In this document: in pieces, positions 50,725-64,000 of the stretch
Layout of the letters: every line of letters starts with the position of its first letter
Position numbering within the stretch: the stretch's first letter is position 1
Source: Octopus bimaculoides
Taxonomy: Eukaryota
Length of the DNA stretch: 64,000 bases
Assembly (NCBI RefSeq): GCF_001194135.2
Contig: NC_069002.1
Coordinates: 2,783,416 to 2,847,415 of the forward strand
Direction of reading: 5' to 3'
Notes under the pieces: model-generated
Databases searched by the model: none
Seen by the model: only the letters and a program-made list of their open reading frames with translations
What the model was told of the DNA's origin: nothing
Translations under genes and position numbers: made by a program

Positions 50725-52181
50725 TGTTGTTGTAGTGTTGTTGATTCTGCTGTTGCAGCTGCTCTTACGAATATTTGTACGAATGTTGCTATTATTACGG
50801 CTACTACCAACACTTCTGTTAATGCTGCAATCAACATTACACCTGATGTTACTCTCATTACTACTACTACTACTTTTGCTACTATTACTACTACTACTGC
50901 TGCTGCTGCTACTATGACTACCACTTCCATCCCCACCGCCAGCACTAAATCAAGAACAACAGAAACATTTTAATCAATTTGCTCCTAAATATACTGGAAC
51001 AGAACTGACATGGAGCAAAGATGATAATGGTGAGCCTAATGATGATGATGATGATGATGAAAAGGAGGAGGAGAAGGGGAAAAGAGGGGGAAGACGATGA
51101 TGATGATGAAAAGGAGGAGGAGAAGGGGAAAAGAAGGGGAAGACGATGATGATGATGATGATGATAGATTTATCGACAATATTCATTACGATGATAAAAA
51201 ATTTAATATTTTTTCATCATTTCCTTTCTATCATAACAGGAATCAACAACTCCGCCACCACCAATACCATCATCACCATCATCATTGTCTTTATCACCAT
51301 CATCATTGTCATCATCATCATCATCGTCATCGTCGTCGTCGTCATTACTATCATTATCAACATCAATCACCATCGAAGCTGTCAAACTCATAATCCTCGA
51401 CATTGACAGATGCGACGACAACAACAGCAACAAGCACAATACAGTTCTAACAATTATTTTACCATTATTGAAATACGAACACAAAATAGATGCCATTGTG
51501 AATACACCAGTTGTATAGTGGTGGTGGTGGTGGTGGTGGTGNNNNNNNNNNNNNNNNNNNNNNNNNNNNNNNNNNNNNNNNNNNNNNNNNNNNNNNNNNN
51601 NNNNNNNNNNNNNNNNNNNNNNNNNNNNNNNNNNNNNNNNNNNNNNNNNNNNNNNNNNNNNNNNNNNNNNNNNNNNNNNNNNNNNNNNNNNNNNNNNNNN
51701 NNNNNNNNNNNNNNNNNNNNNNNNNNNNNNNNNNNNNNNNNNNNNNNNNNNNNNNNNNNNNNNNNNNNNNNNNNNNNNNNNNNNNNNNNNNNNNNNNNNN
51801 NNNNNNNNNNNNNNNNNNNNNNNNNNNNNNNNNNNNNNNNNNNNNNNNNNNNNNNNNNNNNNNNNNNNNNNNNNNNNNNNNNNNNNNNNNNNNNNNNNNN
51901 NNNNNNNNNNNNNNNNNNNNNNNNNNNNNNNNNNNNNNNNNNNNNNNNNNGGTCTCAGTGATTGTGAGGGTAGACGTAGCGGGTGGTGGTTGTTGTTGTT
52001 GTGGTCGTTGTGTGTGCAGGGGTGGTGGAGATGGTAGCAGGGTGGTGGACCTGATAGTTGGTGAATTTGGTGGTGGTGGTGGTGGTGGTGGTGGCTTTCG
52101 GCGGTGTTTCGTAGTGGTGGTGGCAGTGATGGTGGTAGAGTGGTGTTAGCCGTGGTCGTAGTGTAGGTGGTCGTAGTGAAA

Positions 52182-52260
52182 GGTGGTGAGCTGGTAGAAT
52201 CATTAACACGCCGGACAAATTGCTTTGCGATATTCTATCGGCCCTAACGTTCTGTGTTCG
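52182..52260 (+). mobile_element. SINE family B head
   Basis: ggtggtgagctggtagaatcattaacacgccggacaaattgctt...taacgttctgtgttcga. Confidence 0.75.
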
Positions 52261-52998
52261 ATTATGATTCTTATATTATCTTACGTCCATTGTCTGGAAA
52301 TCTTTCGTCACCCACCCGTGACCTCTTCAGCAAATTTTCGTCCCACGTGTCACCACCTGTTTTGTTTAGTCCATTCTCTAAAGACAAAATAAACGAGTAA
52401 AGAACGAACATATAGTGTGTCTGCGTGTGTGTTAATTTGGCAAGAAATAAAAAGAAAAAAACATGACCATTTCGAAATATAACAATATCTGTTTCAACAC
52501 ACGATTTCACATCAGGAATCTTTGAAAAACAAATTTATAAACGTAAATTNNNNNNNNNNNNNNNNNNNNNNNNNNNNNNNNNNNNNNNNNNNNNNNNNNN
52601 NNNNNNNNNNNNNNNNNNNNNNNNNNNNNNNNNNNNNNNNNNNNNNNNNNNNNNNNNNNNNNNNNNNNNNNNNNNNNNNNNNNNNNNNNNNNNNNNNNNN
52701 NNNNNNNNNNNNNNNNNNNNNNNNNNNNNNNNNNNNNNNNNNNNNNNNNNNNNNNNNNNNNNNNNNNNNNNNNNNNNNNNNNNNNNNNNNNNNNNNNNNN
52801 NNNNNNNNNNNNNNNNNNNNNNNNNNNNNNNNNNNNNNNNNNNNNNNNNNNNNNNNNNNNNNNNNNNNNNNNNNNNNNNNNNNNNNNNNNNNNNNNNNNN
52901 NNNNNNNNNNNNNNNNNNNNNNNNNNNNNNNNNNNNNNNNNNNNNNNNNNNNNNNNNNNNNNNNNNNNNNNNNNNNNNNNNNNNNNNNNNNNNNNNNN

Positions 52999-53058
<60 letters not shown>

Positions 53059-53766
53059 GTAGTGAGTGAAAGAATAACGGGAGGAGAACAGAGACAGAAT
53101 TGAGCGTATGAGGATAATTCTGGTGAATATCGTGAAAACCTACGTGTTCATAATAATGCCGAGATTGCGGTAAATCATGATGAAGGCAGCGGCGGCGGTG
53201 ACGATTTGGATGATGATGATGATGATGATGATGATTGTTGTGTGGTTGGCGGTGGTGGTGGTGGTGGTGGAAATAATTACATAAGTGAGATCGTTATTAT
53301 GTCAATAATAATGTTTATGAAGGTAATCATTTGATGATTTCTATAAATTGAACTACGATGAAAATAACAAGGGAGACAACGACGACGACGACGAAGACGT
53401 TGATGATGATGATGATGATGGTGATCACGGCCACGATCACAACCACGATGGGGTTGATAGTAGTGATGAGGAGGATGAAGCAGAGGGGGGTCGTCTTTCC
53501 AAGAGGATGACGACGATGACAGAAACGAAGCAACGACGCTGTCCTTGATGATGCGGAAGACGGCGATGATACAATGAAAAAAAAAAAAAGGGGCGGGTAA
53601 CAATGCTGATGATGACGGTGATGCTGATTATTAAGAATCAAACAACAACAACAACAACAACAAAAATGAGAGAAGGATGTTGATGTTAGCTGCCTCAGGT
53701 TGAAGAATATTGGATGATTTGTGTTGCTGCAAAACTTGAGAACGGAACAGCGAAACGAATGAAAAG

Positions 53767-53844
<78 letters not shown>

Positions 53845-54322
53845 TATATATAAATATGTGTATGTGTGTGTGTATAAATGCATGTATGTATACATATATA
53901 TATATACATACATATATATACATATATATATATATATACATATATACATGCATATATATGTGTTTGTGTGTGTATGCAGATATATATATGTATATATAAA
54001 TGTATATATCTATATCTACAAATATATATACCTGTGTGTGTGTGTGTGTGTATCTAACAATAAGAAAGGATTAAAGAACAGAAACTGGGAAAGATAGAGA
54101 AAGAGTGAGAGAGAGACAGAGAGAGAGAGACAGACAGAGAGAGAGAGAGAAAGAGAAGGGGAGAAAAGGTGTGAAATGATGATTGCGGGAGAGATAGAGA
54201 GATGTATAAATGTATAGAGAGAGAACGCTTGAGGGAAAGTGACGGAGACAGTGAGAGAAAGAAAGCAACAGACAATACAATAGAGAGAAAGAGAAATATG
54301 AGAGACAACAAGAGAGTGTGCG

Positions 54323-54363
<41 letters not shown>

Positions 54364-54850
54364 GTTGTAAGTAGAGAAGTAAAGAGAGACGAAGAATAAG
54401 GTGCGTGTGTGTATGTGTGTGTGTGTGGAGGAAAAGAAAAGTGAAGAAAAAGAATGCATGATGACAATTAAGAGAAAAGGATGAAACAAGAAAAATATAT
54501 ATTTTATCAAAAACTTAAAATATAAGATATATATAAAAAAAAAAGAAAAGAAAGAAGAGCTGAGATGATGTGTTGATAAAACAAAAAAACTGTAAAAAAA
54601 AACTATAAAAATATAGTTTAAATAATGCAGCAAATGAAAATATTATCTCACGTTGATTTTTAATTATCTCTTGTCAAAAACATAACATGTTTAAATAGCT
54701 TGAATCCATCTAATTATTAAAGCAAAGATTAACGTTTCACACACGAACACATGCACACTCATACGCACATGTTCTCTCTAACACACATATACACACACGT
54801 GCATACATACATTCAGGCATACATACATACATACATACATACATACATAG

Positions 54851-54885
<35 letters not shown>

Positions 54886-55701
54886 NNNNNNNNNNNNNNN
54901 NNNNNNNNNNNNNNNNNNNNNNNNNNNNNNNNNNNNNNNNNNNNNNNNNNNNNNNNNNNNNNNNNNNNNNNNNNNNNNNNNNNNNNNNNNNNNNNNNNNN
55001 NNNNNNNNNNNNNNNNNNNNNNNNNNNNNNNNNNNNNNNNNNNNNNNNNNNNNNNNNNNNNNNNNNNNNNNNNNNNNNNNNNNNNNNNNNNNNNNNNNNN
55101 NNNNNNNNNNNNNNNNNNNNNNNNNNNNNNNNNNNNNNNNNNNNNNNNNNNNNNNNNNNNNNNNNNNNNNNNNNNNNNNNNNNNNNNNNNNNNNNNNNNN
55201 NNNNNNNNNNNNNNNNNNNNNNNNNNNNNNNNNNNNNNNNNNNNNNNNNNNNNNNNNNNNNNNNNNNNNNNNNNNNNNNNNNNNNNNNNNNNNNNNNNNN
55301 NNNNNNNNNNNNNNNNNNNNNNNNNNNNNNNNNNNNNNNNNNNNNNNNNNNNNNNNNNNNNNNNNNNNNNNNNNNNNNNNNNNNNNNNNNNNNNNNNNNN
55401 NNNNNNNNNNNNNNNNNNNNNNNNNNNNNNNNNNNNNNNNNNNNNNNNNNNNNNNNNNNNNNNNNNNNNNNNNNNNNNNNNNNNNNNNNNNNNNNNNNNN
55501 NNNNNNNNNNNNNNNNNNNNNNNNNNNNNNNNNNNNNNNNNNNNNNNNNNNNNNNNNNNNNNNNNNNNNNNNNNNNNNNNNNNNNNNNNNNNNNNNNNNN
55601 NNNNNNNNNNNNNNNNNNNNNNNNNNNNNNNNNNNNNNNNNNNNNNNNNNNNNNNNNNNNNNNNNNNNNNNNNNNNNNNNNNNNNNNNNNNNNNNNNNNN
55701 N

Positions 55702-55779
55702 CGGCGGAATTTGAACTCAGAACGTGGCGGTAGACTTCGAAATACTGCTAAGTATTTCGCCCGGCGTGCAAACGTTTCT
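55702..55779 (-). mobile_element. SINE family B, 5' part lacking about the first 13 nt, cut by a gap
   Basis: cggcggaatttgaactcagaacgtggcgg...atttcgcccggcgtgcaaacgtttct. Confidence 0.85.
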
Positions 55780-56007
55780 TATTTCTTTATTGCCTACAAG
55801 GGGATAAACATAGAGGGGGCAAACAAGGACAGACAAAGGGGTTAAGTCGATTACTTCGACCCCAGTGCGTAACTGGTACTTAATTTATCGACCCCGAAAG
55901 GATGAAAAGCAAAGTCGACCTCGGCGGAATTTGAACTCAGGACGTAACGGCAGACGAAATACCACTAAGCATTTCACCTGGCGTGCTAACGTTTCTGTCA
56001 GCACGCC
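55780..56007 (-). mobile_element. SINE family B, full length, young
   Basis: Complete head, core and tail (tatttctttattg...cagcacgcc). Confidence 0.93.
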
Positions 56008-56955
56008 AAGGAGAGGCGTGAAATTCGAGCGGTGGAACAAATTCTCAAATAGTCAGCTTCTGATTTAATTTTTAAAAATGTGGTGTGTGTGTGTGTGTGT
56101 GTCTATGTCTGTGTCTGTGTGTCTGTGTTTGTTTGTGTATAGAACTGTATTTTACAAATACGTTTAGCACGTCCGAGCCTTTAGTTACGTACACACAAAC
56201 CCCTACTTAGTCTTTACAAAAATATAGTCTGTATTGACAAAAATTCACACGCACACATCCACACTCACAAGGCAGGCACACACAAACATACACGCACACA
56301 CACTACACACACACTCATACCCGCTTGGCAGATAACGCTAGTTGGATTGGATAAGGCTAAATGGCCGTCTGCGACATTTGGGCTCACACTACATACCTGT
56401 AAGGAATACTACGAAACATTTTATCCGACGCTCTACCGACTCTTCACACCACCTTACGGATGACCTACACCAATTAATCCCCAAATTAAAGCAGTCGAGC
56501 TCGAAGATTGGAATGATGTTGAGAAAATCGTAAAGGTTCAACAACACGACATGTTTATTCGAACGTTAAAAGAATCAAACAACCACGCCTAATCCACAAA
56601 AACAATATTAACAGAACAACTATTTACACACGCTTGCAAACAAGGAAACAATTACAATCACTTCTGTTTTTTGGGGTTATTTTGTTTTCTTCAGATCTAG
56701 CGCTCGTTAGACCGTCTAACCGGTTTCCATGGCGTATGAACACAACATTCCACCTGAACGGGGCAGAATCGAACATGTCGAAATTTGTAATTATTTTCGA
56801 GTTTCACGTTAATTTCTATTCGTGTGTTTATCGAAAACCTCTATCGCTATACATCGCCAGCATCAACAGTTTTCAGAGAGAAAACCATAAGCAGAGGCTG
56901 CAAGTCGCTTACATCACCCCATTACTTGACTAGCATATTATTTTATGAAAACCAA

Positions 56956-57172
56956 GCGGCGAAATGGCTGAATGGTTAGCACGACGGGCGAAATGTTTAG
57001 TGGTTTTTCGTCTGCCATTACGTCTAAGTTCAAATTCCGCCGAGGTCGACTTTGCTTTTCATCCTTTCGAGGTGTATTAAATAAGTACCAGTTATACACT
57101 GGGATCGATGTAATCGACTTAATCTCTTCCCTCAAATCTGAGACCTAGTGCTTCCAGTAGAAAGGATTATTT
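56956..57172 (+). mobile_element. SINE family B, full length
   Basis: Shares a 43-nt identical block (57027-57069) with the inverted copy at 55895-55937. Confidence 0.93.
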
Positions 57173-57781
57173 TATTAAATCCGAGTGACGTAACGCAAGG
57201 CTGATCTCAAAGGAATTTGAAGTGAGTACATAAAAGACTGGAAGAAATCCTGCTCAACATTCACTTAAACGCATGTACAAACACACAAATAAAGGACGAA
57301 TCGATGTTGTTAGCGGAAATGTTAGGAATACCAGGCGAAATACCTCAGATAACGCATTTATTCCTTCACAACATGACACATTAGACAATGGCTATATTAG
57401 TGTGCTCGTTCAGTGCTGACTTTCGGCTAAACAACAGCAACGTCCGCTAGCTCAGTTATAAATAATTACCGAATCTCCACCATGTCATACACGATCTTCA
57501 CATATATGACAAAAATACGTGACATGATAAAGACATATTTTGGTTGATAAAGACATATCTTGGTTGATAAAACCGAGCTGGATTGTCTTTAGTTATTGGT
57601 GATTTAAGTTTTTTTCTTTTTGCTATATTTTGTTATAACTGGCTTACGGTCAAATAACAATAAAAACCACACAAACATAAATATTCATTGATACACAAGT
57701 ACATCTACAAGCTTATAAAATGTGATATGCGAACGCATATTTATAAACACAGAGGCACACTCAGAACATAATGCTTTGTTG

Positions 57782-58010
<229 letters not shown>

Positions 58011-60359
58011 ATTGTGGAAATTATAAGAATATCAATAAAAACATGGACAACGGCAATAATTACAAAAATAACCATATTAATGATGATAATAATAATAATA
58101 GTCATAATTATGACAACAAAATAATGAAAATAATAATGATAATAATATTAATAATAATAATATCAATAATAATAACATCATCATCATCATCATCTTCATA
58201 ATAATTAATATTCAATGAATAATCAGTAAAATTTCAATTTTTGAATCAACAGTTGAGATAATATCTCCAGATCTTTTATTGACATCTGGTTTAGCAGATA
58301 ACTTCCGGTAAAGAGTTTGGGTGGGTTTGCGCGTGCGTCTATGTGTTCGTGTTTGCGTTTACGTTCGTGTTCTTGGATGTGTCTTTGTGTGCGTGCGTAC
58401 GCGTTTCTGCATGGCTATATTTCTTCGTGTTTGAGTATGTGTTTGTATGGAAGCTAGACGTTTACGTGTCTGGTTGCTCTCTTACGTATGTTTAGTTCTA
58501 TGATGGCGTACATGTGTGTTTGCCTCTTATTTATCTTTATGTATGATTACAAGGATATGCTTCGAACGTGTCCATGCATAGGTGTGGTGGTTACATGGAA
58601 ATGTACGTGTGTAGGTTATTGTGATTGGTATATTTTGTATGGAAGAGAATACAGCAGTGGTACAGATGAAAGGATGGCACGATGGTCGCACTATTATCTA
58701 TGCTGTAATTAGTGGTGGTTGTACTGATGATCGCATAATGGTAGTGGTAGTGGTAGTCTCGTTGTTGTTCTTGGTGGTGCTGGTGCTGCTTCTACTGCTC
58801 CTGGTGGTGGTGGTGGTGGTGGTGGTGGTGGCGATGATGATGAGGGTAGTGGTGATGGTAGCGGCGATGGTTGTAGTGATGGTGATTGTGATGGTGGTGG
58901 CGGTGGTGAGAATGGTTTGATGGTCGTTGCGATGATGGTCGACGTAGTGATAATGAGAGGTGCTGTTGGTGCTGCTGCTGCTTTTAGCTGTGGTGACGAC
59001 AATTATGATATTGATGAGGAAGACAAATAGGCGGAAGGATTACGGTAACGATGATGATGATGATGATGATGAGGCAGAGAAGGAAGAGGAAGGCGGTGAA
59101 CTAGAACAGCAGAAAGAAGGGGATGGTAACCATGGTAATAATAATAGTCAATCGGAAAGGCACAAAGGTCAAATGTTGTTAAATATGTGTTTGTATAAAT
59201 GCGTAAATGTAAATGTGTATATGCGCATAATTATGTGTGTGTGTGTATGTGAGAGAGAGAGAGAGAAAGAGAGAGAGTGATGTGTGTATGCATCATGTGT
59301 GTGATGTGTGTGCGTGTATGTATGCGTTGTGTGTGTGTGAAAGAGGCGGTCTGCTGGAATATGAATCTATTGAAAGCAATGTGTCTTGACTTTATAGATA
59401 CCGGAAGTTGAACGAAGGGTGAATCAGTTAACAACAGTTCGATTTTAAGTGGAGGGATAATAGCGGGAAGCGGCGGGGAAGGGGGGAGTAGCTGGAAAAA
59501 GCGGAGGGAGGTGTGGGAATGAGAGTGGTGGATGTTGTTGTTGTTGTTGTTGTTGTTGTTGTNNNNNNNNNNNNNNNNNNNNNNNNNNNNNNNNNNNNNN
59601 NNNNNNNNNNNNNNNNNNNNNNNNNNNNNNNNNNNNNNNNNNNNNNNNNNNNNNNNNNNNNNNNNNNNNNNNNNNNNNTCATCGTCGTCTTCAGCTAAGG
59701 ATGAAACTGTTGAAGTAGGATGACGAAATGAAAATGAATATTCTTATGATGGCTCATAATGATATTGAAAATGAGGAGAAGGAGGAAGAGGAGGAGGAGG
59801 AGGAGGAGGAAGAAGAAGAAGAAGTAGAAGAAGAAGAAGAAGAAGAAGAAAAGGAGGAGGGAGGAGATGAGAAGAAATAGGAGATGAGAAGAAAGAGGAG
59901 AGAAGGGGAGAAGAGGATGAAGTTGATGCTGTTGATGATGATTATGACCACGACGACTAAGAAAATGATAATGATGATGATGTTGATGATATTGATGATA
60001 ATGATGATGATGATGATGATAACGACAACATGAACAACGGTTCAGCATCATCAGCATCATCGTTATCATACCTATCAATCTCATTATCTTCACCACTACC
60101 ACCATCATCATCACTGTCGTCATAGCAAAGAGGATGTTAGCAAGACTTATTACGAAGTGGAATATATAATGAGATGACTTCATTAAGATGTGTTAATTAT
60201 TCATTGTTACTTCAACAAAGATTGAACTCTTAGAAGCCAGAATCAAAATTCTATGAGCCTCATATTGCCATTGTAGAGGTTACTATTGTTACTGTTATTG
60301 ACATTGTTGTTGACGATGATGATGACGGCGATGACGCTGTTTTCTGTCATTGATGATGC

Positions 60360-60438
60360 TGCTAAAGCCCAGGCCTACATTGATCAAGATGATCTCTGGA
60401 AAAGACCTACGATAAAAAGTATTGTGTCTGTGGCCACC
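60360..60438 (+). mobile_element. Repeat family D fragment, degenerate
   Basis: gctaaagcccaggcctacattgatc...agacctacgataaaaagtatt...tgtggccacc. Confidence 0.35.
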
Positions 60439-61788
60439 ACTTTTCATTATATATCCGACGTTACATTTTACTATATTGACACTATAACACTATAGGACGA
60501 TACATCTGGGAGAGGGGATTCTGTATGTAATGTATGTGTGCGAGTTTGTGTGTATTTGTGTGTTAGAGGGTGTGTGTGTGTTTTTGTGTGTCTAAGAGTG
60601 TGTGTACATGAGTGTGTTCGAGCGTGTGTGTGTGTGTGTGTGTGTGTCTGTCTGTGCATGCGTGTGAGTATGTCTATATTTATATGTATCTATGATAAAC
60701 AGTGATTTATATGAAACAGCATTATGATATTGATTTTAACGAGGAGTGTGACAATTTTATTGAAATGAATTTACACCAGTTAAGTCCTTGCTATTTGATT
60801 TATGCAAGCAATTGCAATAATTACATATACAGGAACGTTATTTAATAAAACAAAAATCTAATTAGTATTAACATAATAACTTCCTAATAAATAATTAATA
60901 GATTTCACTGCATATGCACATTGCAAAAATGCTAACGCAAGCAAATTAATTAATATTAGCTAAGTTATGTGGATGTATGGATGTGTTGTGTGATATATAT
61001 ACATATATACATACATACATACATATATATATATATATATGTTTATATATATATATATATATATATNNNNNNNNNNNNNNNNNNNNNNNNNNNNNNNNNN
61101 NNNNNNNNNNNNNNNNNNNNNNNNNNNNNNNNNNNNNNNNNNNNNNNNNNNNNNNNNNNNNNNNNNNNNNNNNNNNNNNNNNNNNNNNNNNNNNNNNNNN
61201 NNNNNNNNNNNNNNNNNNNNNNNNNNNNNNNNNNNNNNNNTATATATATATATATATATATATATATGAATGTATGCAGGTGTTTATATGTATGTGTATA
61301 TGTATATATGTTTATAAACATATAAGTATACATCTATATATATATATCATATAATGTTCGTATAACCAATACGATGTGTATGCAAATTGATATGTAGGAA
61401 TATACATGTGTATATGCATATGTTTCTGTGTGGGTGTTATGTAAGGGAATGTATACTATACTTCTATGCGTAGTAACATGTGTGAATATGTCTGTCGAAT
61501 TACGTCGTCAAAAACATTGATCCCGAATCACTGTGCTGGAACTAAATCTGTAACTTCAATATATTTAGTGTTAAGTAGAGAATCAATGGCCAGGTTACAG
61601 ATGTAGAACGATAGAACTTGATTCCTGATAATATACAAATTGATAACTTCAAAGTCTAAGTGAACATAAAAGAGCATAGTTTGTGTTTTTGTGGTTTAGT
61701 TTTGGATACAGTAATCCTAGTGTTAGTAATCGGAAAAGTGCACCCAAATACAGACAAACATGCATACACAAATAACCACATAGGGACG

Positions 61789-61935
61789 GGCGAGGCTTTG
61801 GGGTAGGAAGTTTTAGTTCCTAGTTGAGCACCACTGCGTGAAACCTTGGGCAGGTGTCTCCAACTAAAGCCACTGGCCGACCAAGACTTTGTGAGTGAAT
61901 CTGGTAAACGAAACGGAAAAAGATAGAATTCAGTA
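61789..61935 (+). mobile_element. SINE family A, head and body
   Basis: ccactgcgtgaaaccttgggcaggtgtctc...ggccgaccaagactttgtgagtgaatctggta. Confidence 0.85.
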
Positions 61936-62473
61936 GTACACACACACATAGACGTGTGTGAGTGTGTGTACGTGTGTAACGTGTGTGTGTATAGGTATGT
62001 ATGTATGTTTGTATATATATATTATTTGAGCAGAAACTCAAATAATGTTGAGCGGTAAATATTTTCCTCTCAGACGATGTGTACACTCATTATGTCTACA
62101 GGTCAAATATCCACTAATTTTATGTAAATATATTTCTACATATGGTAATTTGATATTTGAGAAAGACTGCATGCCTCGGGAGAAATCTGGATTCAATACG
62201 AAAGCTGCATATATAGAAATTAATATTTTGGCAGTTATTATAAACGTACATTCATACTGAGAAATGCCTCTGTGTATGCGTATATAATTTATACCTGTAC
62301 ACGTGTGTGTGTTTGTGTGTATGCGTGCGCGAGTGTGTGTGCGTGTGTGTGTATATCGATCTGGAGTTTAGATACGTCTATATATTTATGTATATCTATA
62401 TAAACGGTCGTAATAAATTGGCACTAGTCTTTCAGTTGATACTTATTTATATTTTATATATATGTACATACAT

Positions 62474-62511
<38 letters not shown>

Positions 62512-63600
62512 NNNNNNNNNNNNNNNNNNNNNNNNNNNNNNNNNNNNNNNNNNNNNNNNNNNNNNNNNNNNNNNNNNNNNNNNNNNNNNNNNNNNNNNNN
62601 NNNNNNNNNNNNNNNNNNNNNNNNNNNNNNNNNNNNNNNNNNNNNNNNNNNNNNNNNNNNNNNNNNNNNNNNNNNNNNNNNNNNNNNNNNNNNNNNNNNN
62701 NNNNNNNNNNNNNNNNNNNNNNNNNNNNNNNNNNNNNNNNNNNNNNNNNNNNNNNNNNNNNNNNNNNNNNNNNNNNNNNNNNNNNNNNNNNNNNNNNNNN
62801 NNNNNNNNNNNNNNNNNNNNNNNNNNNNNNNNNNNNNNNNNNNNNNNNNNNNNNNNNNNNNNNNNNNNNNNNNNNNNNNNNNNNNNNNNNNNNNNNNNNN
62901 NNNNNNNNNNNNNNNNNNNNNNNNNNNNNNNNNNNNNNNNNNNNNNNNNNNNNNNNNNNNNNNNNNNNNNNNNNNNNNNNNNNNNNNNNNNNNNNNNNNN
63001 NNNNNNNNNNNNNNNNNNNNNNNNNNNNNNNNNNNNNNNNNNNNNNNNNNNNNNNNNNNNNNNNNNNNNNNNNNNNNNNNNNNNNNNNNNNNNNNNNNNN
63101 NNNNNNNNNNNNNNNNNNNNNNNNNNNNNNNNNNNNNNNNNNNNNNNNNNNNNNNNNNNNNNNNNNNNNNNNNNNNNNNNNNNNNNNNNNNNNNNNNNNN
63201 NNNNNNNNNNNNNNNNNNNNNNNNNNNNNNNNNNNNNNNNNNNNNNNNNNNNNNNNNATAGATATATATTCTATATACATTTAGAAGTAGAGATATATAA
63301 GTATGCGTATATATGTATACATATTCTGTATAAATCATCCTCGTGTGTATATCTCGAACATTCTAAAGAACCATTCAATCAATAAAACGTTGAAAAAATT
63401 ATTGTTGTATAAAAATGAACTTCCCATCTTTAGATATAATGGAATTTGAATATAAAACGCATTATAAATATATAATCCAGATTGGAGGTAAAAATACAAC
63501 GATACTTGTCCACATAAACGTGTACGCAGACACACGCACACACATACACACACACACACACACTCACACACACAAGCACACACAGACCCAAACACACACA

Positions 63601-63640
63601 ATTATCTTTTACTTGTTTCATTCATCAGACTGCAGCCATA
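63601..63640 (-). mobile_element. SINE family A, 3' tail
   Basis: attatcttttacttgtttcattcatcagactgcagccata. Confidence 0.7.
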
Positions 63641-63856
63641 TTTATGTGTGTGTGTTCGCGTGCATATATATATATATATATATTTAATACCGTAAATATA
63701 TATTCTTGAATATATTCGCATGTATAATTTTATACGTATAACTGTATCACATACAAATACACATACATACATACATATCCTTGAAAGCATTTGTGCAGTT
63801 ACATACAAAGTACAAATTCTCATTCAGAAATATATACGTGAAGATATCCATGTAGT

Positions 63857-63890
<34 letters not shown>

Positions 63891-64000
63891 CGTGTGTGTG
63901 TTTGTGTGAGAGTGTGTGTGTTTATGCATATGCTTATCATATATAATACATATATGCATATATATACTTATATATATACATATATATGTATATATATATA

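Noticed and set aside
56695-56786. Plus-strand candidate exon with a strong acceptor and small palindromes (gttagac-c-gtctaac)
   Set aside because: Weak donor (gtaatt), unrecognised peptides, and 7-bp palindromes are expected by chance

Overview
AT-rich eukaryotic, almost entirely non-coding DNA from a draft assembly: about 19 N-gaps (roughly 10% of the window), most flanked by microsatellites. The SINE families and very high microsatellite density suggest an octopod cephalopod such as Octopus; this is inferred from my recollection of those repeats, not from a search. I found no recognisable intact host protein-coding gene, RNA gene or CRISPR array, and nearly all ORFs in the track are microsatellite, gap or SINE artefacts. 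The window holds many tRNA-derived SINE copies (labelled families A-D here, my own labels) and decayed transposon relics: an RTE-type RT fragment, an L1/Tx1-type C-terminal zinc-finger region, a maT-like and a mariner transposase, a mariner MITE, and a Merlin/IS1016-like transposase. It also holds several tandem duplications. The best leads are (1) a ~260-nt near-perfect hairpin at 41949-42210 whose transition mismatches are almost all G-U-compatible on the minus strand, (2) a 464-bp foldback with 83-bp, 96%-identical arms at 17638-18101, (3) inverted young SINE pairs that could form ADAR substrates, and (4) a few well-signalled candidate exons, including a 21-nt microexon. None is demonstrated to be a new system. 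Protein-family assignments come from motif recognition by eye and need HMM or BLAST confirmation. Repeat boundaries are approximate.
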